A DNA stretch of 64,000 nt, from contig OZ251229.1 of the NCBI GenBank assembly GCA_965240325.2, positions 2,836,836-2,900,835 of the forward strand, read 5' to 3'. Positions 34,001 through 44,604 of the stretch are shown here, in pieces. The position numbers and the translations under genes are program-made. Source of the DNA: Rebecca billardiae RCC1528. Its lineage: Eukaryota; Protista; Haptophyta. The notes beneath the pieces are model-generated. The model saw only the letters and a list, made by a program, of their open reading frames with translations. It had not been told where the DNA came from and searched no databases. The stretch's first letter is position 1. The number at the start of each line of letters is the position of its first letter.

Positions 34001-37000
34001 CCGCCGCCGCCGGCCGCGGCCGCGGCCGCGCCGCCGCCGCCCGCGCCGGGCGTCGCGGCGGCGGGGTGCGGCGTGGCGGGCGGCGGCACGGGCGCGCCCG
34101 CGGCCGACGGCGGCGGCAGCGGCCGGTTCGGCGCCGCGCTCAGCGCCCGCGCGCCCGCGCCGCCGAGCACGCGCGCGCCGCGGAAGACTGCGCCGCCGCC
34201 GCTCACGGCCGTTACGCTCAACTCCTCATCGGAGTAAAGTGTGAGTGCGAAGGAGCCGAGCTGGCCGGGGTCAAAGGCGGTGGCGAGGAGCCAGTACGGC
34301 TCGGCGGAGGGCTCGAGCGTGCACTCCGCCGAGAGCGAGCTCGCGCGCTGGTACCCCGTCGCCGCCACGATGTCCGACGTGGCGAGCTGCGACTTGCGGC
34401 CGCCGCCCGCGCGCCCGCTCAGCACAAGCGCGCCGACCGCGAGCGGCGGCCGGCCGGCGCCGCCCGGCGGCTGCGCGACGTCGAGGAGGAGCTGCACGCG
34501 CGTGGGGCGGCGCACGGCGACGGAGAAGTGCGGGTTGAGCAGCCACGTCGCCGCGTTCGCCGGGTTGGGGCAGCCCCCCGCCGTCACGCCCTCCCATTGG
34601 CCGACGCACGTGAGCGCGTGCCAATCGTCGCCCGCCTCGATCCGAGCGATCGCCCAATCAGAAGCGGCGGGCACGGCGGCCGCGGCGGCGTCGGCGGGGT
34701 GGGCGGAGGGCTCGGGCGGGAGCGCGGCGTAGGCGGAGAGCACGTACTCCAGCGCGCCCCCCGCGCCGCCGCCGCCCTCCGCGCCCTCCTCCACGTCCCA
34801 GTACGGCACGACGACGAAACCGAAAGCGCCGTTGGGCGGCGAGATATCAATCTCGGCGGTCGCGCCCGCGCACACCGCGGCCAGCTCGACCTCGGCGGTG
34901 CGCAGCACGTCGGCGGGCGCGAGGGCGACCTTGCGCTGCGTGCCCGGCATCGCGCGCAGCAGCGCCCACCCGATCCGCCCGCGCACCGACCCCGCACCCC
35001 CGCCCCGCCCGCCGCCGCTCGGCGCGAGCGCGCCGCCCAGCCCCAGCGGCTGGCCCGAGCCGGGCGCGACCGGCGCCAGGGAGAGAATCAGTCGCAGCGG
35101 CCGGCGCACGCTCAGCCGGTACTGCGGGTTGAGGCGCCAGGAGGAGCGGGCGAGCGAGCCGCCGCGCGTGTCCGCGTCCCACGACCCGCGCAGCGCGAGC
35201 CGCGGCCACGCCACGCCGCTGCCGCGCACGCCGCGCGGCACGGCGCCGGCGGCGGCGCCGCCGCCATCGAGCGCGCGGCAGACGAGCACGGCCTCAAACC
35301 GCTTCGCAAAGTCGGCGAACGCGATCCAGAAGACGCCCTCGGCGTCGCGCTCGGCGGCGGCGGCGGTGGTGGGCACGGCGTACCGCGTCCGCGCGCTCAG
35401 CGCCTCCGCCACCGTGCCGCCGCCCGCGCGCCCCGCCGCGCCGCCCAGCTCGGCCGCGGGCGCGCGCCACGAGCCGAGGTCGGCCGCGGCCCACCGCCCC
35501 CGCCACTCCGCGAGTGACAGTTGGTCGCGCACGCACACGAGCTGCGTGCCGCCGACGGTGTGCGCGTCGAGCACGGCGTACCACGCGCCGGGGAGCAGCC
35601 CGTCCACCGGCGCGCCGCCGCCCTCGCCCTCCGCGACGCTCGCCAGCAAAATCGCCCCCTCGGCAAGGCGGCTCAGCAGCCGCGCCCACGCGGCGCCTGA
35701 GTGCAGCGCCGCGTCCGCGCCCGAGCCGTGCAGAGCGTCCGCCTCGACGACGCCGCCGGTGAGCGCGAGCAGCGCGCCGCCGGGGCCGCCCGCGGCGGAG
35801 AGCGCCGCGTACGACCGCGCGAACCGCTTCACCACCGCCTTCTCGATCAGCGACACCCACAGCGCCGTCGGGTCGGCGGAGGCGCCCGCGGCGCACCGGT
35901 TGCCCGTGCACGGGAGGCAGTCGTCCACGACGACGCTCTCCCAGCCTCCGCCCGTCCAGAGGCGGACGGCGCACGCGCCGGCGCGCGGGTCGTAGTCGGC
36001 CTCGCGCACCACGCGCGCGAGCGCGCCGCCCGGCGCCGTGCCCACCGCCGAGATCGCCGCGAGCAGCCAGCCGTCGTCGACGAGCAGCGAGGGGAGGACG
36101 GTGGCGCGCGGCGCGGCCGCGCCGCCAAACAGCGAGGCGCGCGCGGACGCGAACGCGCGCGGGCGGAGCCACGTGGGCGCGGCGGCGGCGCCGGGCGTGC
36201 CCGGGCGGCCGCCGCTGCCCGCCGCGGGCGCGAGCAGCGCCATGCTCCCCGCGCCGTGCAGCGAGACCGCGGAGGGCGGGAACGTCGGGTCTTCGAACGG
36301 AAAGTGCTTGCCCGACGCGCCGTGCGCGGCGAGCGCGGCGCGCAGCGCGGGGTCGGGCTCGCCCTCGGCGAGGCCGAGCTGCGCGTGCGCGAAGGAGGGC
36401 TGCTGCGCCGTGGCCGGGACCGACGCGCCGTACGGCGCCGCGCCGCCGTCGTCGTACCCGCCGCCGTACCCGCCGCCGGACCCGCCGCCGTAACCGCCGC
36501 CGTAACCGCCGCCGGCGGGCGTGAGGGCGAAAGGGTTGGCCGCAGCAGCGCCGTCGGGCGCGCCGCCGCCGCGCGCGTTGCCGCGGCGCGCGCGCGGCTT
36601 GGCCGCGGCGCCGACGGGCGCGTCGGCGTCGTCCGAGCGGCCGAGCGGCAGCGTCTTCACCGGCGTGCTCGGCGTGAACGCCTCCGCCGCGTTGCGCGCG
36701 CTCTTCGAGATCGGCAGCGGCCCTTCAAGAACAAACGGACGGTCCGCCTCGACCGTGAGCGTGAAGGTGGCGGCGAGGCCGGGCTTGGTGAAGCACGGCA
36801 CGAGGATGTACGGCAGCGGCCGCGCCGCGAACGCGCGCCGCGCCTTCAGCTCGATCTTCGTGCGCGTCGACGAGACCTTGATCAGACGGAACGGGTCGCC
36901 CGTCTTCGGGTCGATCACGCGCCGCTTGCGCCGCTCGTCGGGCGCGTCGACGATGAAGAAGCAGATGGGCTCGATCTGGTCGGGGCGCGCGGTGGGCACG

Positions 37001-37236
37001 ACGTCCTGCCGCAGCATGATGCGCAGCGTCGTGTCCTCGCCCTCGGGGAAGATCAGGTGGTACTGCGGGTTGTCGATCCACGACTTGTGCTCGGGCGAGC
37101 CGCCCGCGCTCTCGCCCGGGACCCACTCGCCGCGCACGCGCCAGCCGAGGCTGGCGGGCGGCATGGGGAGCGTGCGCGTCGAGGGCGACGTCGAGCGCGA
37201 CGCGCCCTGCGAGGGCGGCGCGGGCGTGCCGAGCAT
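31066..37236 (-). CDS. Large calpain-like protein: C2L-CysPc*-C2L-C2L-CysPc*-C2L-C2L with C-terminal CaaX
   Basis: Five W...GG...NPQ/NPH domain-III motifs and two EDP.FP/W.RP/VDD.LP/W..L.EKA CysPc domains. Introns 31779-31647 and 31529-31420. Ends in CAIM. Confidence 0.85.
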   Translation of the reverse strand: MLGTPAPPSQGASRSTSPSTRTLPMPPASLGWRVRGEWVPGESAGGSPEHKSWIDNPQYHLIFPEGEDTTLRIMLRQDVVPTARPDQIEPICFFIVDAPDERRKRRVIDPKTGDPFRLIKVSSTRTKIELKARRAFAARPLPYILVPCFTKPGLAATFTLTVEADRPFVLEGPLPISKSARNAAEAFTPSTPVKTLPLGRSDDADAPVGAAAKPRARRGNARGGGAPDGAAAANPFALTPAGGGYGGGYGGGSGGGYGGGYDDGGAAPYGASVPATAQQPSFAHAQLGLAEGEPDPALRAALAAHGASGKHFPFEDPTFPPSAVSLHGAGSMALLAPAAGSGGRPGTPGAAAAPTWLRPRAFASARASLFGGAAAPRATVLPSLLVDDGWLLAAISAVGTAPGGALARVVREADYDPRAGACAVRLWTGGGWESVVVDDCLPCTGNRCAAGASADPTALWVSLIEKAVVKRFARSYAALSAAGGPGGALLALTGGVVEADALHGSGADAALHSGAAWARLLSRLAEGAILLASVAEGEGGGAPVDGLLPGAWYAVLDAHTVGGTQLVCVRDQLSLAEWRGRWAAADLGSWRAPAAELGGAAGRAGGGTVAEALSARTRYAVPTTAAAAERDAEGVFWIAFADFAKRFEAVLVCRALDGGGAAAGAVPRGVRGSGVAWPRLALRGSWDADTRGGSLARSSWRLNPQYRLSVRRPLRLILSLAPVAPGSGQPLGLGGALAPSGGGRGGGAGSVRGRIGWALLRAMPGTQRKVALAPADVLRTAEVELAAVCAGATAEIDISPPNGAFGFVVVPYWDVEEGAEGGGGAGGALEYVLSAYAALPPEPSAHPADAAAAAVPAASDWAIARIEAGDDWHALTCVGQWEGVTAGGCPNPANAATWLLNPHFSVAVRRPTRVQLLLDVAQPPGGAGRPPLAVGALVLSGRAGGGRKSQLATSDIVAATGYQRASSLSAECTLEPSAEPYWLLATAFDPGQLGSFALTLYSDEELSVTAVSGGGAVFRGARVLGGAGARALSAAPNRPLPPPSAAGAPVPPPATPHPAAATPGAGGGGAAAAAAGGGGGADGGGADTRALRQALEAKEMRIAELERRLRDAGAAGASADPSADEPPRPTMLEPPPTADESWPEVVNLGQGLSDRQRAALRESLREIEGACAASGGKWEDPRFPAADISLPDGLAARVGGVSWRRPDEIARAASGGAGGAGGAARLWISEWEIAGVVQGALNDRFLLSAANIVASNPELVRKVFVDTSLAESCGAYAFRFHAETSWEVVLVDDRLPCGPDGRLLFASCPDPSVFWLPLLEKAYAKFVGGYDRLDRGGTVMEALEDLTGSTGEKVLLNEPITRERIPGGARPDELWSQLLYWLHAGYVVGCQFNAKQAEGAGRGASAREVEQMGLEVNRAYALLTGGQMMGHKLLRVRAASDREWTGDWCDTSERWTVRMRQMLNYKEDTADGTFWISWDDFTHYFNKVYAMRMLDDVWTKVVCRGAWAGVGAGGATNFSTWRHNPQWLLRPHRQAMRVFATLTQLDARAPAGPDAGARDGYDKAVGLYVLRGNEPPDAARRKLVLLSEEEVVAKRDPQYKRTVSLECTLEPSDAPYVFMPCTYEPGREGRFVLTVQCDDLDDNGVPDFDLVPVGPPSDWWSTTLAHAWRAEGAGGSRAHDTWRNNPQFYLLPSARARVFAFLDVPSDGARDADTGEPTAPPPIQLSLVRGDGMARVQMVGPGNLCAESEFFQDDGLSLELSLGRASRAAPYVLVPATYLPGVECPFSLTVYSDQPFEFGSFDGSAKFPLCGTCQSLCPQVRRPARRAGGAATPARRGLRRPPHARSRPPRARPPPLGRARARAALDRGGRPARPVAAAAGADGGPLRAARGDAVLGEDPAAQGARRACRREPPSPFLAHRARPHPDSLCPLLPACVRAQAGGTPLDGPFGRGGGKGARSRAPPPRKPPPAEREEEELPPIQPAPERRSAPSAVQAAAEHAAEASSEDGEAEGERDWTEAAEPPPPRRSEAEPEAAAAAAAGGGASGQKQSSVCAIM

Positions 37237-37480
37237 GCTGCGTGCGCCTTTGCCTGGTCGTTTGGCGGAAAGCCAGTGGCGGCGTGCAGCAGCAGCAACT
37301 GCCGCAGCGTCTCCGGCGAGCGGCGGGCCTACTTCACCGGCCGAACTAGTGCACCGGACACAGACAGTCCGGGGCTTTCCGGCCCCCGCTCTCTCATGCA
37401 GGTCAGGCACTGCGGTCGGCGACGACCAATGGCTGCTTCCGGCCAGAGCGAGCTCTAAGCCAGGCGGGAGGGCGGCCTGA

Positions 37481-38680
37481 ATGCTTCGCGCCGCCGCGGC
37501 GCTCCTGGCCGCCGCCCTCGCCGCGGGCCCCGCCGCGGACGCGCCCGCGCCGGACGGCTGCCCTCGCGGCGGTTGCACGGCGTGCAGGCCGGCCATGTGG
37601 CGGCCGCTCACCAACAATCTGCCTCCGCGCGCCGACGACGCCGGCACGCCGGCCCGGCCCGAGCACGACGTGCGCGACGCCGAGCTCGTCATCGCGCACT
37701 GCACCTCGCCGCTCGACTGGGCGCCGCCGAGGCTCGCGCAGCTCGGCGCGTGCGGCGTGCGCGTCGTGCGCGCCACCGTCTACTCCAAGTGCGGCGGCGA
37801 AGCCCCGGACTGGGGCGTCCCGAGCCTGCCGTTCCCGGTGCGCGTGCGCGCGCTCGGCAACGTCGGGCGCGAGGGGCACACCTGGGCCACCCACCTCTCG
37901 TGCGAGTACGAGCGCCTCGCGCCCCTCGTCCTCCTCTGGCCCGACACGCTCTGGCAGTCGGCACGCGCGCCGACGGCCAACGCGCACACCAAGCGATTTC
38001 GCTCCGTCGAGCCGTGCGACGCGGCGCGGGCCGCGGCGGCGCGCGGCTTCGCGTGCATGCGCCGCGCGCACGTGCGCGCGGGGCAGGCGCGCCGCGTGCG
38101 GCAGCCGTGCGCGCGCGCCTCGCCCTCGCTCTCCGACCTCCACCTGAGCGCCTCGCTCATGCAGTTTCGGCTCGATGGCGGTTACGCCTCGCCGTTTCAG
38201 AAGGCGGAGGATGGCACGCGGCGCCGCGCGCGGCCGGCACGGCCCAACGAGACGCGCTTCGAGGCGCTGCACAGGCCGCTCGGGCGCTGGGTCGAGCGCG
38301 CGCTCGCGCCCGCCGCCGCGCCGGGCGCGCTCGCGCTGCGCGGCCCGCTCACGCCCGTGTGCTACCGGGGCAGCTTCGTGGCGCAGGCGGCGCGCGTCCG
38401 CCGCACGCCGCGCGCCGTGTGGGCGGCGGTTGCGCGCGCGCTCTCGCGCGGCGACAACATCGAGGAGGGCCACTACATGGAGCGGCTGTGGGCGGCGCTG
38501 CTCGCGGACGCGCCCGAGCCCGACGAGGCGCGCAAGCTGATGCGCGCGACGAAGCGCGTGCTCAACGGCAGCAACCACCTCACGCACGGCGTGAGCGTGC
38601 TCAGCGGCTGCTCGTGCGCCGCCGCGGCCTTGCTGCTGAATAAGAATTCGACGAAGCGGCCGGCGAGGCGGCGCGCGTGA
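37481..38680 (+). CDS. Secreted/membrane DUF3431-like protein
   Basis: Signal peptide, LVIAH...LDW, VYSK, NVGREGHTWATHL..YERL, GHYMERLW. Confidence 0.7.
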   Translation: MLRAAAALLAAALAAGPAADAPAPDGCPRGGCTACRPAMWRPLTNNLPPRADDAGTPARPEHDVRDAELVIAHCTSPLDWAPPRLAQLGACGVRVVRATVYSKCGGEAPDWGVPSLPFPVRVRALGNVGREGHTWATHLSCEYERLAPLVLLWPDTLWQSARAPTANAHTKRFRSVEPCDAARAAAARGFACMRRAHVRAGQARRVRQPCARASPSLSDLHLSASLMQFRLDGGYASPFQKAEDGTRRRARPARPNETRFEALHRPLGRWVERALAPAAAPGALALRGPLTPVCYRGSFVAQAARVRRTPRAVWAAVARALSRGDNIEEGHYMERLWAALLADAPEPDEARKLMRATKRVLNGSNHLTHGVSVLSGCSCAAAALLLNKNSTKRPARRRA

Positions 38681-39031
38681 TCTGCGCTACTCGAATGCAC
38701 GTGGCGTCTCGTCAACGGGCTGACTGAGCATGCAGACTTGAATATAATTCATCATCACCGCCGCCAGCATCGGCCTGATACGCCTCGATCGGCCCGCCGA
38801 TCTGCCGACGCGTCGCCGCCGGTAGTAAATCTTGAACGGACACGGCCACAGTCCCACACGGTCACGGGGCGGCAGGCTTGGGCCTTGCCCTTAGAGGCTT
38901 AGTTCGGAATGATCGGCTGCTGACGTCGACGAACGAAAATCAACGACCGTACACGTACCGCCATCAACGTGGCCCGCGGGGCGCAGCCTAACCGCCTGCC
39001 CGCGCCTCGCGCGCCCGCCGCGGCGTCCGCG

Positions 39032-39904
39032 TCAGCGCAGCGGGTCGCTCTCGTACTCCCTGAACACCGCGTCGCGCACGCCCAGCTTGAGGTGCTTGTT
39101 GGGCGAGCGGAAGGAGTGGAGCGCTACCAGCTGGTCGAGCTGGCCGCTGAATTGCGCCGCCGAGCTGAGGAACGCAAAGGGCCACGCGCTCGGCGCGTCG
39201 GGCGGCCTCGGCGGGCACGCGGTGCCGTTGGCCGACGACGGCGGCAGCGGCGGCCCCGCCATCACCACCAGGTCGGCGAACAGCAGCAGCGAGCCGTACT
39301 GCCGCGGCCGCGCCCAAAAGTCGTGCACCAACACGACGGTGCCGCGCTTCATCAGCTTCAGCGCGTTCAGCGCGGCGTTGACGCGCCAGCGCCCGTCGAT
39401 GAGGATGAGGTCGGCCCTCGGCAGCACGCTGTCCGCCGCCTTGTAGTACCCCCGGGCGGTGGCCGCGCTCGTGCGCCCGAGGGGGTAGCCCTTTGTCTCG
39501 CGCGTGCGGCCGATGTCGACGGCGATCGGGTGGAAGCGCGCCTGCGCGTCGACGGGCACGCTGCGGCGGACGCGCGAGAGCCACTCGGGGTACGAGTCGA
39601 CGGAGTAGACCTGCGCGTGCGACGTGCGCAGCACGCGCTCCGTCGTGCCGCCCGAGCCGAACTCGACGTACGTCGCGTCCGGGCCGGAGAGCACGCAGCC
39701 CACGACCGAGTCGAAGAAGCGACGGTCGAGGTCGGACATCTGCCAGCCGAGTTGCATGCCGAGGGCGCCCGTCGAGTTGTACACGACCGGGACGTACTTG
39801 GGGTGCTGGGGCGTCCGGTTGCGCTCGCGGGCTATCCGCGCGTCCGCCGAGGCGAGCAGGCTCGCCACGAGCCACAAGAGCCCAACGCTCGGCGGGTGCG
39901 CCAT
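39032..39904 (-). CDS. Class I SAM-dependent methyltransferase (Methyltransf_24-like) with signal peptide
   Basis: YVEFGSGGTT, VYSVDS..EW, DLILIDGRWR, VLVHDF. Confidence 0.75.
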   Translation of the reverse strand: MAHPPSVGLLWLVASLLASADARIARERNRTPQHPKYVPVVYNSTGALGMQLGWQMSDLDRRFFDSVVGCVLSGPDATYVEFGSGGTTERVLRTSHAQVYSVDSYPEWLSRVRRSVPVDAQARFHPIAVDIGRTRETKGYPLGRTSAATARGYYKAADSVLPRADLILIDGRWRVNAALNALKLMKRGTVVLVHDFWARPRQYGSLLLFADLVVMAGPPLPPSSANGTACPPRPPDAPSAWPFAFLSSAAQFSGQLDQLVALHSFRSPNKHLKLGVRDAVFREYESDPLR

Positions 39905-40101
39905 CGCCCGCTCGATCCGTCCGGTCACTCCGCAGCCGGGTCCCTCCGATTCAAATCGCCGGACTCTTCAGTTGCCGCGGCGGCCCGGCCCGGATCGCGC
40001 CATCCAATTTCGATCGATGATCGGAAGCCGATGAATTCAAACGGCCCCCGACGACACACCCCTCCGCCCGGGACGCGTCCCCCCCAGCGCGGGCGCCGGC
40101 C

Positions 40102-42132
40102 ATGTCCAGCGGCGGCGCGGCGAAGCCGCTCTCGTTCGCCGAGTTCAACGCGAAGCAGCGCCAGCCCTCCGTCAGCGGCGCGAAGCGCTCGCTCGTCGAG
40201 GCGGCCGACGAGGAGAATGCGCCGGCCGCGCGCGGCGCCGCGCCGTCTGGCGCCAAGCGCACGACGGTGACACCGACGACGCGCGGCCTCGGCCGCGCGC
40301 CCGAGCGCGTGATGGTCTCGCGTGGCTCGGGTGTGGCAACTGACCGCGACGCACGTCACCACACGGCGCGCGCCGCCGCGCCGCCCGCCGCGCACGCGCG
40401 CGGCGGCGGCGGCGCCGCGGCCAGGCCCACCGCCACCGCCGCCCCGTCCGCGCCCGCCGCGCCCACGGCGTCGTACCTGCAGCCGACGGCGAGCTCGCGC
40501 AGTGCCGCCCGCGCGCGCTCGACGCCGGCCGCGCAGCACGCCCCCGCCGCGCGGGGCGCCGGCCCCAGCCTGCTCGACGCGCCCGTGCCCTCGCTTCTCG
40601 ACACTCCGCTCGAGGCGGCCGCGATGCCGGCGCCGCTTGTGCCCCTCGCGCCCGAGGGCGCGTGGGCGGACGCGCAGGCGATGGTGGAGAGCGCGGGCGG
40701 CGGCACGGTGGGCTGCGCCGCGCCCGCGCTCAACGCCGCCGCTCCTCCGAGCGCACCGCTTGAGCCGCACCCGGCGGCGGTCGTGCCTCCGCCGCGGGCG
40801 CCGCGCGCCGCCGCAGCCGTCGTGTGCTCACCAGCCGCCGTGCCCGATGCTGCCGCACGCGTCCAAGGCGCGGGCGCTGCGCCGTCGGAGGTGGCTGCCG
40901 CTCCGCCTGGCTCCGCCGTGCCGCTGCCGCCCCTCGGGCCCGACGCGTCGGCGTGCGAGCCCGTCGGCGCGCCGCCGCCGCCCGCCGCGGCCGCGGCCGC
41001 GCTGGAGAAGTCAGCTGCGGCGGCGGGCGAAGCGCCGCCGCAGCAGCAGCAGCCCGCGGCGGCGGCGGAGGCGGCAGAGTCCGGGCCGAGCGCGATGGAG
41101 ATCGACCCGGAGATCGCGCCGCCCCCGCCGCACGGAGTGCAGGGGCGCGCGGTGGCGCGGGAGCACGCGGCGCTGCCGCTTGGGGCCGAGGGCTTGCCGC
41201 CGCCGCCGCCTCTGACCGCGCCCGCGCGCCCGCGCACGGCGGCGGCGGCAGCGGCGGGCGCGCACCACCCGCCGCCGGCGGCGCCGCGGCCGAGGGCGCG
41301 CCCGCCCGCCGGCGCTCGCACCGGCGCGTCCCTCGCGGCGACGACGCCCGCGCCCGCCGCCGCCGCCGCCGCCGCCGAGCCCGACGGCGCGACCGCGGGC
41401 GCACTCAAGCTGTTCGAGCGACATGGCGCGAGCGCCGCGGCGGCGCGCGCCGCCGTGCCTGAGCTGCTGGCGACGCTCGGGGACATGGACGCCGATCGGT
41501 GGCAGCAGCGCGCGGACGCGCTGTGCGCGCTGCGGCTGCTCGTGGCGCGCGGCGCGCTGCACCAGCCCGACGCGCTCGCGCTCTGCGCCAAGCTCGCGCG
41601 CGCGCTGCCGCCCCAGATCACCGATCTCCGCTCCCAGATTGTGCGCGAGGCGTGCGCGCTCGCGCGCGCGCTCGGCGAGGCGTGCGCGGAGACGCTCCCG
41701 GCCGCGTGCCTCGACGCGTGGCTGGGCGCGCTGCTGAAGAACACGTACGTCACGATCAAGGTGATCGCCTCCACCTCGCGCGGCGCCGCGCTCGAGCTCG
41801 TCCGGCTCGCGCGCGCCGCGCCGGCGACGGCGCTGCTCACGCGCACGCTCGGAGGCGACAAGCACGCGCAGGCGCGCGCGTGCGCGCTCGAGCTGCTCGC
41901 CGAGATTGCAATCTCGGCGGACGAGGCGGCGGTGCGCGCGCACGCGGCCGCGGCCGAGGAGTGCATCCGCAAGGGGCTGCGCGACGCGGACAGCTCGGCG
42001 CGCAACGCCGCCGCGCGCCTCTACTGGGCGCACGTCTGCCGGCTCGCTGAGCGGCGCGCGCCGCTCGACGGCGCGCTCGACGCGGCCGCGCACAAGATGG
42101 TCGCGCGCGCGCGGCCGCACGGCGCGAGCTGA
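40102..42132 (+). CDS. CLASP_N/TOG-domain protein with low-complexity N-terminus
   Basis: WQQRADAL, ITDLRSQIVREAC and LRDADSSARNAA HEAT repeats. Confidence 0.75.
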   Translation: MSSGGAAKPLSFAEFNAKQRQPSVSGAKRSLVEAADEENAPAARGAAPSGAKRTTVTPTTRGLGRAPERVMVSRGSGVATDRDARHHTARAAAPPAAHARGGGGAAARPTATAAPSAPAAPTASYLQPTASSRSAARARSTPAAQHAPAARGAGPSLLDAPVPSLLDTPLEAAAMPAPLVPLAPEGAWADAQAMVESAGGGTVGCAAPALNAAAPPSAPLEPHPAAVVPPPRAPRAAAAVVCSPAAVPDAAARVQGAGAAPSEVAAAPPGSAVPLPPLGPDASACEPVGAPPPPAAAAAALEKSAAAAGEAPPQQQQPAAAAEAAESGPSAMEIDPEIAPPPPHGVQGRAVAREHAALPLGAEGLPPPPPLTAPARPRTAAAAAAGAHHPPPAAPRPRARPPAGARTGASLAATTPAPAAAAAAAEPDGATAGALKLFERHGASAAAARAAVPELLATLGDMDADRWQQRADALCALRLLVARGALHQPDALALCAKLARALPPQITDLRSQIVREACALARALGEACAETLPAACLDAWLGALLKNTYVTIKVIASTSRGAALELVRLARAAPATALLTRTLGGDKHAQARACALELLAEIAISADEAAVRAHAAAAEECIRKGLRDADSSARNAAARLYWAHVCRLAERRAPLDGALDAAAHKMVARARPHGAS

Positions 42133-42403
42133 GGGTGGCGTGAGCGCGTGGGGCATGTGTGTGCCGCGCTGCGCGTGGGCTGCCTGCGGGCGCGCACGGC
42201 CGAGGGCGCGCCACGCGCGCCGCTCGATGGCAGGCGCCGTGAGCGCGGCGCACCCCGCGGACTGCGCGCAACGACCGCCGTATAGTGAGTCGATCGTAAT
42301 CGACGACGATCTATATATCATCATCATCGCGATCCTGCTGCTGCTGCGCTTGCTGACGCGATGCGATTATTTATGATGTATATATATATGTATATATGAT
42401 CGG

Positions 42404-43548
42404 CTACGCCGATCTTCGGGTAGTAAACATGCAACGAAGTTGAGGGCGCACGGCCCTGGGCATCGCGCGCAGGTGCTTGACGAGCTGGTTCGGCACCGTG
42501 TTGATGCCGAGCTTTACGGTCATACGGTGAGGTGGCTGCCCGACGGGCTCGGGCTCGTGAGGTGAGCGAGCGCGCGCTTCAGCTGCGCGCGCCTGCGCGC
42601 GGCGTCGGTGCTCGATGCTTGGCCACGCGCGCTTGTGGATGCGGGGGCCCGCCTTGCTGATGGTGGGCGAAACGGCGATGCGCCGCCGTATCTCCGCCGC
42701 CCGGCTCACCGACACCGGCAGCACGCGGCTCACGAAGGCGTCGCACGGCATGTGGAAGTCGGCCGCGTGCACGCCCATGAAGTCGGTCACCGCGACGTCC
42801 TGCGCGGTCAGCGTCCTCGCGGCCGCGGCCGCGTCGGCTGCGCCCGTCACCTTGATCTGCGCCACATGGCGCGCACAGCGGAAGCGGCAGCACTAACGTC
42901 GCCAGCGCGCCCGCGTCCAGTTCGACGCGCCGCGTGCCGAGATTCAGATGCCACGCCGATCGCAGCTCGAGCTCGTCGACAAGCGTCTGCTGGCCGGCGC
43001 CGCCCCACCAGTAGGCCTGCGTGCTTGGAAAGCCGCAGCAGCTTGAGCTTCGCGGTGACGCACAACTGTTGCATCTCGGACACGAGCGGCGCGACCGCCG
43101 CGAACCACACCCTCCGCCGCGTCGCCGGCTTCGTGAAGGACGGGTCGTCGTACTCCATCGGCACGCGCGCGTGCGCGCGCGCGCTCCCGCCCTCGTCTGT
43201 GCGCAGGTGCAGCTTCTTGTCGCCGCTCGTGCGCGCCCGTTCGGCATAGCGTGCAGTCCATGATGTACAGTCCATGATCAAATTCGAATGTCGCCGCCAC
43301 GTCGTCCTCCGGCCGCACAGCCGCCGTCTCGCATCGGGCGCCGCCATCGCGCCGCCGATGCCGCGCGCCGCCAGCGGCGCGTCCAGGACGGCGCCCATCG
43401 CGGCAAAGTCGACGTCCGCGTCGAGCGCGACGGATGCGAGTGCGTCATCGAACCCGCCAGCGCCTTCTCTCGGCTCGGGCGGCGGCCGCGACCGCGGCGG
43501 ATCGGGCGGCAGCGAGGCGTCGCCGTCGCCCGCCCGGGCGTCGTCCAT
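42404..43548 (-). CDS. Hypothetical gene, spliced or frameshifted
   Basis: Coding-like segments in three successive frames (MDDARAG..., QAYWWGG..., AQIKVTG...). Acceptor-like cacgcag near 43017. Confidence 0.3.
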
Positions 43549-44546
43549 GCCTAGGCTAGCGCAGCCTGCGCGCGCGAGCGCGGCGAGGCGGGCGGAGACG
43601 GTGCCGGGCCAGGAGAGAAGGGACGCGCGGTGAGCGTCCACGGGCCGCCTCGGCAAGCCGATGTCCGCGCGTACCGGGGGCGCCCTGGGCGCCGCGAGGC
43701 GGGCGCGCGGCGGCGGCACCCGCTTCTTTCTCGCCGCGACACGCGGGTGCCGGCGGTGTCTACGCAAGCCAACTGCCGAGTCCGACCGTGCGCCTGCCCG
43801 CGTATGTACACCCATTTTCAGAGAAGTAGAGAACTCTTATGACTTATTAGTCAATAGAGGAGAATCCAGAAGGGTCGTACGTGAAGCGGTAGAAATTCTC
43901 AGCACACGAGGTTTTCAGGCCCGGCCATCATTGTTGATGAGCGAATTCAGGCCTCATCAACGTAAATGATCATATGGGTCGAGAGCGAGAATGTTCGCCT
44001 TCAGGCTGTGTCTTTCATCTGAAAAACAAGAATTGGATTGCCACCGAACCAAATGTTTGGTTCGCTTTATGCAGAATCTCGTTTCAGTTGAATGGCGGGC
44101 GATCGTCTTTCGTTGAAACGGTGTTTTTGAAGCGCAGTTCTCTTAAGAGGAGAGGGATGCGTCTAATCTAAAACGCTGTTTTTCAGAAGCGCGTGAATCA
44201 AAGCCGACCCAACCTCTTGTTTTTATGGTTGGCGAGCTGTTTCAGGCTCTTACAATTCAGGCATCTTACTACGACGGAATGTTCCAACACACGGCTGGTG
44301 AGTGGTGTTATGTGCTATTCCGCCCTGCATTCCCCTAAGTGTTACTATCGTTAAAATTAGCATCTACTACAAACGCAATCATTGCGGCAGCGATATCCAC
44401 TCATACGTACGAAGGCCACCCACAAAAATCCCCAAAATTCTGCGCGCATCCTCTTTTTGATTTTGCGGAGCACGTGCGCCGCCCCCCCCCCCCGGCTTTC
44501 GCTCACGCTCAGACCTTTCGGGGGGGGGCCGTGCGCCATGATACAT

Positions 44547-44547
44547 A

Positions 44548-44604
<57 letters not shown>
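44547..44604. repeat. (ATT)n microsatellite
   Basis: Seen directly. Confidence 0.95.
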
